Below, in pieces: positions 39,812-48,533 of a DNA stretch of 64,000 nt. The position numbers were made by a program, and so were the translations under genes. Source of the stretch: Candidatus Calescibacterium sp. Its GTDB lineage: Bacteria; Calescibacteriota; Calescibacteriia; Calescibacteriales; Calescibacteriaceae. The notes beneath the pieces are model-generated. The model saw nothing but the letters and a program-made list of their open reading frames with translations, was not told where the DNA came from and searched no databases. The number at the start of each line of letters is the position of its first letter. The first letter of the stretch is position 1. Where the stretch lies: the NCBI GenBank assembly GCA_032249135.1, contig JAVVGL010000002.1, forward strand, positions 64,001 to 128,000, given 5' to 3'.

Positions 39812-39866
39812 CTTATATCATTTGTTTTATCTCTAAAAGTTTTTTGATTTGTTTTGCTTCTGAACC
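39812..39866 (-). repeat. Degenerate copy of the Rpn gene 3' region (about 38892-38945)
   Basis: cttatatcatttgttttatctctaaaagttttttgatttgttttgcttctgaac versus tttatatcatttattttgtctaaaagttttttgatttgctttgcctttgagc. Confidence 0.75.
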
Positions 39867-39976
39867 CAGATTTTGCGTGGTAAATCTCAGAAAATTCCTC
39901 CTTTTTATTTGAAAGTCTATGCAATTTTAACAATAGACTTTTATAAAGAGAAATAAAGAGAAATAAAGAATAAACT

Positions 39977-40315
39977 TTAAGATGATAAAAGGATTATTCT
40001 TTCTTTTATGAATTCATATGGCGGTAGCGGTAAGTATTTCCCATTTATATAATAGACACGACAACTCAACCCAACTGGATTTTGCTTCGCTCCATCTTCA
40101 TCTATATCTTTGCCGTTCACAAGGATGGTTGGCGAACCGGGGAACTTTTTCAACATAGCCTCTTCATCTGTCTTCACTTCCTCCAATATCACTTCAACTG
40201 CTTTTCCTTCTTCTTTTAGCTCTTCTGCTACTTTATTTACTCTTTCTAATGCTAACTGCCAGCTCGGACATTCTTTCCAGTAAAGAACTTTTATAACTAT
40301 TTTTCTCTCGCTCAT
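39977..40315 (-). CDS. Thioredoxin-fold protein (DUF2703/alkylmercury-lyase-associated type)
   Basis: YWKECPSW, FPGSPTILVNGKDI, GLSCRVY. Confidence 0.75.
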   Translation of the reverse strand: MSERKIVIKVLYWKECPSWQLALERVNKVAEELKEEGKAVEVILEEVKTDEEAMLKKFPGSPTILVNGKDIDEDGAKQNPVGLSCRVYYINGKYLPLPPYEFIKERIILLSS

Positions 40316-40362
40316 CAGTCAAAATATCAATTTAATGTTTTCGTTTTTTTAAAATTTCAAAT

Positions 40363-40632
40363 ATGGAAATTATGGGATTTCTTTTGAAGATTTTTATTTC
40401 AATCTTTGTTCTTGCAGCTTTCCTTTTCGGCTCACTTCTTATCATGAAAAAAAAAGGTATATTCTTCCCACCCTTGATGAATGACAACAATAATATTCAA
40501 GTTCAATCACATATAAAGCTCACTCCGAAGGCTCACCTTTTCGTTGTCAAAATAGATCAAACCAAAATCCTTGTTGGAGTAACGGAAAAAAACATTTCAT
40601 TTTATCAGATGAAAGAAAAAGAATCTGAATGA
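40363..40632 (+). CDS. fliO: Flagellar biosynthesis protein FliO
   Basis: N-terminal TM, then IKLTPKAHLFVVKI...ILVGVTEKNIS FliO pattern. Confidence 0.8.
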   Translation: MEIMGFLLKIFISIFVLAAFLFGSLLIMKKKGIFFPPLMNDNNNIQVQSHIKLTPKAHLFVVKIDQTKILVGVTEKNISFYQMKEKESE

Positions 40633-40671
40633 AAGGAAAAAGAATTTGACTAAATTTCAAGTATATTAAAC

Positions 40672-41442
40672 ATGGTCAGAGTTTTTGAAAGTTCAGTTGT
40701 GAAAAAAGAGGAAGTATCAGCATCAACTTTCCTTGTAGAGATGAAGGGAGATATAGATTTTGAGCCAGGGCAGTTTGCGATGATATCTTTACAGGATGAA
40801 ATTTCTGTTATCCCAAAGCCCTTCTCTATATTTTATTCAAAAAATGGAGTTTTTTCGGTACTTTTTAAAGTGTTTGGAGGTTGGACGGCACGATTTTCAA
40901 AAGTAAATATAGGAGAAAAAGTTAGAGTGGTAGCTCCATGCGGAACCGGATTTTTGACCGCTATGAGAAGGTATGAAATTCCTGAGCCCAAAAATATTCT
41001 TTTTATTGCAGGCGGATTAGGAATAGCCTCTTTGTATCCTGTAATTGATTTTTTTGGAAAATCAAAAAGCTCTCTGATTTTCGGAGGAAGAAGCTCCCAA
41101 GACATAATTTTGAAAGACAAAATTCCTGAAAAAGTAAAAACTCTTTACATTACAACACAAGATGGTTCAGAAGGCAAAAAAGGCACAGTTATAGATGCTC
41201 TTTTTGAGATTTCACCTTATGATTTTGATGTTGTTTTAAGCTGCGGACCTTATGGCATGCTCAAAGCACTCTGGGAATTTTGGACGAAGAACAAAATAAA
41301 CACACCTTTACTTTTTGCCATGGAAGAAAGGATGGGATGTGGTTTAGGTCTCTGCTTTTCTTGCGCAATAAAAACAAAAGATGGTCCAAAACTCTGCTGC
41401 ACTTATGGACCTGTTTTTTCGCACTCTGAACTCATTTTCTGA
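40672..41442 (+). CDS. pyrK: Dihydroorotate dehydrogenase electron transfer subunit
   Basis: PGQFAM, PKPFSI, IAGGLGIA, CGPYGML, EERMGCGLGLCFSC...C..GPVF. Confidence 0.88.
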   Translation: MVRVFESSVVKKEEVSASTFLVEMKGDIDFEPGQFAMISLQDEISVIPKPFSIFYSKNGVFSVLFKVFGGWTARFSKVNIGEKVRVVAPCGTGFLTAMRRYEIPEPKNILFIAGGLGIASLYPVIDFFGKSKSSLIFGGRSSQDIILKDKIPEKVKTLYITTQDGSEGKKGTVIDALFEISPYDFDVVLSCGPYGMLKALWEFWTKNKINTPLLFAMEERMGCGLGLCFSCAIKTKDGPKLCCTYGPVFSHSELIF

Positions 41443-41493
41443 ATTTTCGGATATTTTCATATTGAAGATTTATATTTTTTTATATCAAAATTT

Positions 41494-41570
41494 GGCGACG
41501 TAGCCAAGTGGTCTAAGGCGGGGGATTGCAAATCCCTTATTCCCGGGTTCGAATCCCGGCGTCGCCTCCA
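41494..41570 (+). tRNA. tRNA-Cys(GCA)
   Basis: GGCGACG/CGTCGCC acceptor stem, loop TTGCAAA, GGTTCGAATCC, U73 discriminator, CCA. Confidence 0.97.
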
Positions 41571-41590
41571 TCTTCTTCCTATACTAAATT

Positions 41591-42673
41591 ATGATAAGTC
41601 CCGAGAAACTTCAAAAAGCTAAAATTTTCATACAAAAAATAGATGAGCTCAAGAACGAAATTCTGAAAATAGATGAAAAGCTCTCCCAGGAATTTGATGC
41701 TTCTTTACTTGAAAAAAGAGGAAAAATTGAGGAGAAAGTTGAGAAATTTGAACAGATAAAAAAACTTATGAAAGACCTTGAAGAAGTCGAAGATATAATA
41801 TCATCTGAAAGTGATCCAGAAATTATTTCTTTGGCTCTGGAAGAAAAAAAATCAATTGAGAAAAATTTAGAAAAGCTCATTCACGAAATCGAGGAATTGG
41901 AGGAAGAAAGCAAAAGAAAAAAAAGAGATTCTTGCATAGTTGAAATAAGGGCTGGAGTTGGAGGAGAAGAAGCTGCTTTATTTGCTGCTGACCTTTTCAG
42001 AATGTACTCAAAATTTGCGGAAAAAATGGGATGGAAAACAAAACTAATATACGAGAGAAGATCAGACCTCGGAGGAATAAAAGAGATCTCGTTTATAATT
42101 GAGGGAAAAGGTGCGTACGATTTTATGATAAATGAAGCAGGTGTTCACAGAGTTCAAAGAGTTCCAATTACAGAGGCCTCAGGTAGAATTCATACATCAA
42201 CTGCTGCTGTTGCAGTCCTTGAAGAACCAGAAGATATTGAGATAAAGATAGACCCAAAAGATTTAGAAATTGAAACTTTTAGAGCATCTGGACCAGGAGG
42301 TCAGCATGTGAACAAAACAGATTCAGCCGTGAGAATAAGACATATTCCAACTGGAATAGTTGTTGTGTGTCAAGATGAAAGATCTCAACATATGAACAAA
42401 GAAAAAGCTTTGCGACTTCTTAAAGCAAAATTGTTTCATATAGAGAAAGAAAAGTTAGAGAAAGAAATTTCTGAGAAGAAAAAACAACAGATAGGTTCAG
42501 CGGAAAGGTCGGAAAAACTCAGAACCTATAATTTCATGCAAAACAGAGTAACAGACCACAGACTTGGTGTGACTTTATATCGCCTTGAAGATATATTAGA
42601 CGGAGATTTAGATTTGCTGTATAAAGCCTATCAGGAAGACAACAAAAAATCAAAAGGAGCAGAAAAAGATTGA
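41591..42673 (+). CDS. prfA: Peptide chain release factor 1
   Basis: [25 protein letters not shown] (PxT, RF1-type), [15 protein letters not shown]. Confidence 0.96.
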   Translation: MISPEKLQKAKIFIQKIDELKNEILKIDEKLSQEFDASLLEKRGKIEEKVEKFEQIKKLMKDLEEVEDIISSESDPEIISLALEEKKSIEKNLEKLIHEIEELEEESKRKKRDSCIVEIRAGVGGEEAALFAADLFRMYSKFAEKMGWKTKLIYERRSDLGGIKEISFIIEGKGAYDFMINEAGVHRVQRVPITEASGRIHTSTAAVAVLEEPEDIEIKIDPKDLEIETFRASGPGGQHVNKTDSAVRIRHIPTGIVVVCQDERSQHMNKEKALRLLKAKLFHIEKEKLEKEISEKKKQQIGSAERSEKLRTYNFMQNRVTDHRLGVTLYRLEDILDGDLDLLYKAYQEDNKKSKGAEKD

Positions 42674-42713
42674 CTGGTCAGAAAGATTGTCAGAAAGATT
42701 GATTATTTTTTTA

Positions 42714-43952
42714 TTATTCCACAACTATTTTTACAAATCTTGTTTTTCCCACCCTGACTTTATATTCTCCTTTTTTCAGTTCAAAGAATTTTTCCTTTAT
42801 CCTTTCTCCATTGATATATATTCCTCCCGATTCTGTAAGTCTCATAGCCTCAGATACACTGCTTACTATTCCAGATTCTTTCAAAACCTTCTGCAATATA
42901 CTTCCTTCTTTTACGCGTATTTGGGGAATTTCGTCGGGCATTTCTCTTTCTCTTATGACTTTGTCAAACCAGTCTTTTGCCCTCATAGCTTCCTTTTCTC
43001 CTTTGAGTCTTGCCGTTATCTTATAAGCTATTTGAGTTTTTGCTTCAAATCTCGGGATTTTTTTGAGTTCTTCTAATTCTTTTTGTTCATATCCTCCCAA
43101 AAGCTCAGCATATTTGAAAATCAGCATATCGTCTATACCCATAAGTTTTCCGAATATATCTTCCGCCGGTTCATCTGGTGTTATGTAGTTTCCATAAGAT
43201 TTTGACATTTTGAGTTTCCCGTCCGTACCTTCTAAAATTGGAGTTGTTATGCAAACCTCCGGAGGTAGTCCGTACTCTTTCATTATCTGGCGCGCAAATA
43301 TAAGATTGAAAAGTTGATCGCTCCCTCCAAGCTCTATATCTGCCTTTACTACAACAGAATCATAAGCTTGCAAGAACGGATATAAAAATTCATGAACAAA
43401 TATTGGTGCTTTCTCTTGCATTCTTTTTTTGAAATCTTCTCTTGCTATGATTTGGGCAACTGTTGCTTTTGAAAATAGCTCAAAAAGTTCAGTTGTGCTC
43501 ATAGATTTAAACCAATCCGAGTTAAAATAAACTCTTGTCCTTTCTTCAATAAGAAACCTCATAACTTTTTTAAGAATTTCCTTTGCGTTTTCTTTTACCT
43601 CTTCCTCAGAGAGTTTTGGTCTCAAAGTCGTTCTGCCGGATGGATCTCCTATTTGTGCTGTAAAATCTCCTATTATGAGACAAACTTCATGTCCCATCTC
43701 CTGAAACTCTCTAAGTTTGAAGATTAAAACAAGATGCCCAAGATGTATAAGTGATGCGGTTGGATCTATTCCAAGTTTTACTCTCAAAGTTCTTCCACTT
43801 TTTAAAAGTTTTTCAAGTTCCTCTTCCTCCACTATTGATATGAGTCCTCTTTTTATCTTTTCCAAACCGTTTTTTTTCTTTTGATTTTTTTCTTCTTCAT
43901 GCATCATTTCTATACCATGATTTTTTCTTTCATGTTTTTGCTCCACAACCAT
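42714..43952 (-). CDS. tyrS: Tyrosine--tRNA ligase
   Basis: KLGIDPTA..IHLGH, YPFLQAYDS, ELGGSDQLFN, KMSKS, C-terminal S4-like domain. Confidence 0.96.
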   Translation of the reverse strand: MVVEQKHERKNHGIEMMHEEEKNQKKKNGLEKIKRGLISIVEEEELEKLLKSGRTLRVKLGIDPTASLIHLGHLVLIFKLREFQEMGHEVCLIIGDFTAQIGDPSGRTTLRPKLSEEEVKENAKEILKKVMRFLIEERTRVYFNSDWFKSMSTTELFELFSKATVAQIIAREDFKKRMQEKAPIFVHEFLYPFLQAYDSVVVKADIELGGSDQLFNLIFARQIMKEYGLPPEVCITTPILEGTDGKLKMSKSYGNYITPDEPAEDIFGKLMGIDDMLIFKYAELLGGYEQKELEELKKIPRFEAKTQIAYKITARLKGEKEAMRAKDWFDKVIREREMPDEIPQIRVKEGSILQKVLKESGIVSSVSEAMRLTESGGIYINGERIKEKFFELKKGEYKVRVGKTRFVKIVVE

Positions 43953-44024
43953 TTTTTTATTTTAAATTTATCTTTTCTCAAACTCTTAATTTTCATTTTT
44001 GCTTTCCTTAATTTAAAGGGAAAG

Positions 44025-44506
44025 ATGAAAGATTTCATTTATAATTTTCTTTTTTTGAGATATAGGAGTTTTTTTCCCAGATTTTTACTAATTTTTTTTC
44101 TCAGATTTTCGCTCTTATTTTCACTATTTTTACTTTTTCATCCGTTCTTTTTTTTCTTTCCTGTGCTTCAAAAGGAATAAAAGGTTTGAAAGTTCCCGAA
44201 CTGGAAATAAAAGAGATAAAATTTGATGAGAATGGAAACCTTATTTTTTCCGTATCCGGTGTAAAGGAAATATTAATATGCTCTGATTTTGAGGAGAAAA
44301 ATTGTGAATCTAAATGTGAATCTGAAAGCGAATGCAAATCTATAAAAGTTAATTCTTTGTTTTCTTCATCTTCTTTTGAAATTTCAAAACCCAAAAATTA
44401 TTCACAAATTAGAGTTTTATTAGTGGGATTTGGAGGGAAGAAGAAAGAGTTCATTTTAAATTTTGTTGAAAGAAAAGTAGTTGATAAGAAAAAAAATAAA
44501 AGATAG
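44025..44506 (+). CDS. Hypothetical lipoprotein with uncertain or frameshifted start
   Basis: The frame of ORF 44186-44506 extends upstream to QIFALIFTIFTFSSVLFFLSCASKG (lipobox Cys 44162). The nearest ATG (44025) is in another frame across poly-T tracts. Confidence 0.5.
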
Positions 44507-44508
44507 AT

Positions 44509-45801
44509 TCATATTACTCCAAGTTCTTTTCCGACTTTGTAAATTTTTTCAAGGGCAAAATCTATATGTTCCTGTGTATGAGTTAGCATTATAGAAGTTC
44601 GCAGTAGAGATTCCCCTTGCGGAACAGCCGGTGGAATTACACAGTTTGTATAGACTCCTTCATCAAATAGCCTTTTCCAAAACATTATAGCTAAAACTTC
44701 TTCACCGAGTATTATTGGGACTATTGGGGTTTGAGAATTTCCTATGTTGAACCCTGCTCTTTTCAGCTCATTTCTATAATATTCTCCTTTTTTCCTCAGT
44801 TCCTCAACCATATCAGGATTTTCTTTCATAAGCTTCAAAGATGCTCTTACTGATGCGACACAGGGTGGAGGCAAAGCTGCGGAGAAAATCATAGGTCTTC
44901 CAAAATGCTGAATGAAATCAATAACATATTTTTCTCCTGCTACAAAGCCTCCAATTGAAGCGAATGACTTTGAAAACGTCCCCATGATTATATCAACCTC
45001 GCCGTCAAACCCTAAATGATTTGCTGTTCCCCTTCCTCCATAACCTAAAACTCCGAGCCCGTGAGCATCATCTACAAAAATTCTTGCTTTGTATTTTTTA
45101 GCTAACCTCACTATTCCTTCAAGGTCTGCTATATCTCCATCCATAGAATATACCCCATCTACAACAATCAATTTTCCTGAATCTTCTGGTAAAGATCTCA
45201 GAACTTCTTCTAACGACTCCATATTGTTATGTCTGAAATTTACTTTTTTCCCTACACCAAGCTGTGTTCCATCTACGATTGAAGCGTGACATTTTGAATC
45301 ACAAATTATAAAGTCATTTGGACCCGATAGTGCGGATAAAATTCCAAGATTTGTCTGGTATCCGGTTGAAAAGACAAGAGCTTTTTCTTTACCTACAAAG
45401 TCTGCAAGCTCTTCTTCCAATTCTTTGTGCATTTTGAGTGTTCCATTAAGAAATCTTGATCCGGTTGCACTTGTTCCATATTCTTTTACAACTTTTATTA
45501 CCTCCTCTTTGACTTTGGGATGGTGAGTGAGACCAAGATAGTTATTTGAGCCGAGCATTATTTTTTTCTGACCATTAATGTAAGCTACAGGACCCTCATT
45601 TTTTTCAAACTCCAAAAAATATGGGTAAAGTCCGAGCTCCCTCGCTTTTTCAGCAATTTTGAACCTTCTACATTTTTCAAATATATCGCTTGATTTTATT
45701 TTGAAAACTCCAAACCTTCCCTTTATTTCCGCTGAAAGGCTTGAAATTGTATCAAGAGAATATTCATTTGAATAAGTTAAATCTGCCTCATTATTGATCA
45801 T
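44509..45801 (-). CDS. PLP-dependent alpha-oxoamine synthase, serine palmitoyltransferase-like
   Basis: GLYPYF, MLGSNNYLGLT, GSRFLNGT, DGVYSMDGD, DDAHGLG, GTFSKSFASIGG. Confidence 0.85.
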   Translation of the reverse strand: MINNEADLTYSNEYSLDTISSLSAEIKGRFGVFKIKSSDIFEKCRRFKIAEKARELGLYPYFLEFEKNEGPVAYINGQKKIMLGSNNYLGLTHHPKVKEEVIKVVKEYGTSATGSRFLNGTLKMHKELEEELADFVGKEKALVFSTGYQTNLGILSALSGPNDFIICDSKCHASIVDGTQLGVGKKVNFRHNNMESLEEVLRSLPEDSGKLIVVDGVYSMDGDIADLEGIVRLAKKYKARIFVDDAHGLGVLGYGGRGTANHLGFDGEVDIIMGTFSKSFASIGGFVAGEKYVIDFIQHFGRPMIFSAALPPPCVASVRASLKLMKENPDMVEELRKKGEYYRNELKRAGFNIGNSQTPIVPIILGEEVLAIMFWKRLFDEGVYTNCVIPPAVPQGESLLRTSIMLTHTQEHIDFALEKIYKVGKELGVI

Positions 45802-45861
45802 AAGATCTTACTATAATTTCAAATTCTAATTTTTCCCAATTTTTAACCAATTTTCCGGAAA

Positions 45862-46635
45862 TTATGAATTTTGCGTTTTTTGAGTTCCCATGTTGTCATT
45901 ATTTTTTTTATTTTCCAGATCTTTTTTCTCCTGCGATTCCAAATTCAGGACTTCTTTCTTTTTTGATACAACAACCTGAACAGGTCTTATTACCCTGCCT
46001 TGAAATTCATATCCTTTTCTCAGAACTTTAAGAATTATTCCCTCTTGATGTTCATCAGAAAACTCAAAATCCACTATTTCACATGTAGCAGGTGAGAAAT
46101 TTTGACCAACTTCAACTTCTATTTCTTTCAATCCTGAATCTGAAAGCGATTTCATTATGATTTGCCGAACAAGTTCCACTCCCTTTCTTGATTCTTCATC
46201 CTTTATATAACTCAGAGCAAAATCTAAACTATCTAATGCAGATATTATATTTATAAAGACTTTGGTCAGAGCATCTTTTACGGCATTCTCTATTTCAACT
46301 TTAACTCTCCTCCTATAATTTTCATATTCCGAAAATGTATATATCCACCTTGTTTTATAGTCTTCAACTTCTGCTTTTAATCTTTCTATTTCGGCTCTGA
46401 GATTCTCAATCTGAGTTTGAAAATCCAAACTCTCTCCTCCCTCACCGTGTTGTATTTCACCTGATACATTTTCAAGTTCCGAAGACTTCACTTCATATTC
46501 TGCAACATCATTGCCTTTCTCGGTTTCTTGATAAAGTTCATCAGATTTCAAATCTGAGCTTCCTTTTTCTGCACCCAAATCTTCCTCTTTTTTTTCTATT
46601 ATTACCTCTTTCTTTTCTTTATTTTCTTTCATCAT
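45862..46635 (-). CDS. grpE: Nucleotide exchange factor GrpE
   Basis: SEYENYRRR, LDSLDFAL, VLRKGYEFQGRVIRPVQVVVSK. Confidence 0.92.
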   Translation of the reverse strand: MMKENKEKKEVIIEKKEEDLGAEKGSSDLKSDELYQETEKGNDVAEYEVKSSELENVSGEIQHGEGGESLDFQTQIENLRAEIERLKAEVEDYKTRWIYTFSEYENYRRRVKVEIENAVKDALTKVFINIISALDSLDFALSYIKDEESRKGVELVRQIIMKSLSDSGLKEIEVEVGQNFSPATCEIVDFEFSDEHQEGIILKVLRKGYEFQGRVIRPVQVVVSKKKEVLNLESQEKKDLENKKNNDNMGTQKTQNS

Positions 46636-46641
46636 AACACC

Positions 46642-46668
46642 AGATAGAAATAGTAAAATAACTTCAAG
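46642..46668 (-). promoter_or_regulatory. Candidate RpoH-type promoter of grpE
   Basis: Minus strand CTTGAA-N14-TCTATCT, 6 nt before the ATG; resembles CTTGAA/CYTATNT heat-shock promoters. Confidence 0.4.
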
Positions 46669-46707
46669 TCAATAAGAATAAATTTTTTAAGTTTTGAGGT
46701 ATAAAAA

Positions 46708-47892
46708 TTATCTTTCAAAAAAATCATGCCGAAACAAACAGTCTACAATTTTAAATTCACTATTTTGGTCAAGTTCAAAAAATCCATTTCTTTCCTTAGC
46801 CTCATTTATAAAAACAACATCTCCAGAGTGTACAGATTCTACATCGGAATTCTTTTCACCTATGTTTCTTTCAAGAATTTGAAAAAGATTTTTTCCTGAG
46901 CTACTACATGTCCAAAATCTTATTCTACCTTTTTCTTCAAGCTTATGGCTTACAACACGATGCAGATTTTTCCACCTTGAAAAATCTTTATTTTTTGAAA
47001 GCACAAGGTAAGAAAAATTAATTTCTGGAACCCTCCCCCCTATAAGGTTCATTCCTCTTGAAAGAGAAAGAGGAGGAACCCATTTTGTTCCAAAATGACA
47101 CCAATCATCTTTTATTTTTAAAACAGGACACGCCTCATAGTGCGTGCAAGGTGCTATCACATAATTTTTCAAGGTTTCTCTTATTTTCATAATAAAAAGC
47201 GAATTTCTTCTCTTTAAGGCTGGCTCAACTAGTGCAAAAATCCCCCAATCAGAAATTGCTTTCAAAATTTTATCAGACCATGAAATCATACTATCTGTGT
47301 CATCACGGAATATATCGTAAAGAGAGAAAGCAAGAACAACAATATCAGGATTCTCTCCTATCTCTTTTTTTATATTTATTCTACTCGCATCTGAAACTAT
47401 CTTTTCAATCTGAACTTCAAAAGGTACCCCCTTTGCTACTTGATTCAGTATTTTGATTCCAAAATCAAGAGCTATATCTGATATATCTTGCACAAATACT
47501 TTTACTTTCAAATCCGCCATAGTTTGATCTTTTTGAGATATAAAATCAAGAACGAAAATAAAAGCAGAAGAAGCCGAGCATACACCAGCAGATAAATCAA
47601 CAAAAATCACATCTTTTTTCTCACTCTTTTTTCTTCTCAGTATCTCTAACAATATTCCCTCAATACTTGAAAGAACGAAAAATACAGACGAAAAAGTTTT
47701 TGGGAAAAAGTAATATGTGTAAGGAATAACGGTTTGAAGGTTTATGGGAAAGTTTTCTCCTCTGTGGAATATTTCTGCAAGTTCAAAAGATGCTCTTGCT
47801 AATGATGGTAGAAGATCTCGCCTCCAACCTCCGACTATTCCATCTATTATTTTTGATATTTGTTCTGGGAAGTAAAATATTCTTTTTTTTAT
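46708..47892 (-). CDS. Rsm22-family (small ribosomal subunit) methyltransferase-like protein, probable ATA start
   Basis: VDLSAG SAM motif, LVEPA, IAPCTH...CP...DWCHF, FSYLVL. The frame stays open 80 codons upstream of TTG 47652 (includes PYTYYFFPKTF) to ATA-AAA-AAA-AGA at 47892. Confidence 0.75.
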   Translation of the reverse strand: MKKRIFYFPEQISKIIDGIVGGWRRDLLPSLARASFELAEIFHRGENFPINLQTVIPYTYYFFPKTFSSVFFVLSSIEGILLEILRRKKSEKKDVIFVDLSAGVCSASSAFIFVLDFISQKDQTMADLKVKVFVQDISDIALDFGIKILNQVAKGVPFEVQIEKIVSDASRINIKKEIGENPDIVVLAFSLYDIFRDDTDSMISWSDKILKAISDWGIFALVEPALKRRNSLFIMKIRETLKNYVIAPCTHYEACPVLKIKDDWCHFGTKWVPPLSLSRGMNLIGGRVPEINFSYLVLSKNKDFSRWKNLHRVVSHKLEEKGRIRFWTCSSSGKNLFQILERNIGEKNSDVESVHSGDVVFINEAKERNGFFELDQNSEFKIVDCLFRHDFFER

Positions 47893-47902
47893 TTTTGGTT
47901 TT

Positions 47903-47977
47903 TGGAGCGGGCAACGGGATTCGAACCCGCGACACTCGGCTCGGGAAGCCGATGCTCTACCCCTGAGCTATGCCCGC
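47903..47977 (-). tRNA. tRNA-Gly(CCC)
   Basis: Reverse complement GCGGGCATAGCTCAGGGGTAGAGCATCGGCTTCCCGAGCCGAGTGTCGCGGGTTCGAATCCCGTTGCCCGCTCCA. Confidence 0.96.
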
Positions 47978-47986
47978 CCCACTCTT

Positions 47987-48433
47987 TTATTCCTCAACTG
48001 ATATGTTTAAAACTTTCTTTTTCTCCTCCTCCTTCTTCGGTATAGTTATGGTCAAAACCCCGTCTTTTATTTTCGCTTTCGTTTTCTCAGCTTCTATATT
48101 CTCCGGAAGCGATATTCTTCTTACGAACTTTCCATATCTTCTCTCTATAATGTGAGCATTTTTTTGCTTCGTCTCCTCCTCTTCCTTCCTCTCACCCTTT
48201 ATTGTAAGAATATTATCTTGTATCTCAACTGATATATCTTTTTGTGTCATTCCAGGAACGTCTACCTTGATAATGATACTCTTTTCATCCTCATATATAT
48301 CCAAAGACGGGGAAAAGGAATACTGCTTCCCCTCAAACAAAGGAGCTCCAAAGAATTCATCAAAAACCCTTTCTATTTCCTTCTCTATACCCTCCAAAAT
48401 AGGCCTCATAATAAAACCTCTTTTCCTTTCCAT
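47987..48433 (-). CDS. Hsp20/alpha-crystallin small heat-shock protein
   Basis: PSLDIYE, DVPGM, LTIKGER, ERRYGKFVR.ISLP, DGVLTITIPK. Confidence 0.95.
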   Translation of the reverse strand: MERKRGFIMRPILEGIEKEIERVFDEFFGAPLFEGKQYSFSPSLDIYEDEKSIIIKVDVPGMTQKDISVEIQDNILTIKGERKEEEETKQKNAHIIERRYGKFVRRISLPENIEAEKTKAKIKDGVLTITIPKKEEEKKKVLNISVEE

Positions 48434-48533
48434 AGCAATTATATTTTAATTAAGGAGGAAAACAAAAAAAATAAGAAAAACAAAAATAAATAAAAAATTA
48501 CATAATTTCAAAAAGAAAAACTATTTTTTCTAT

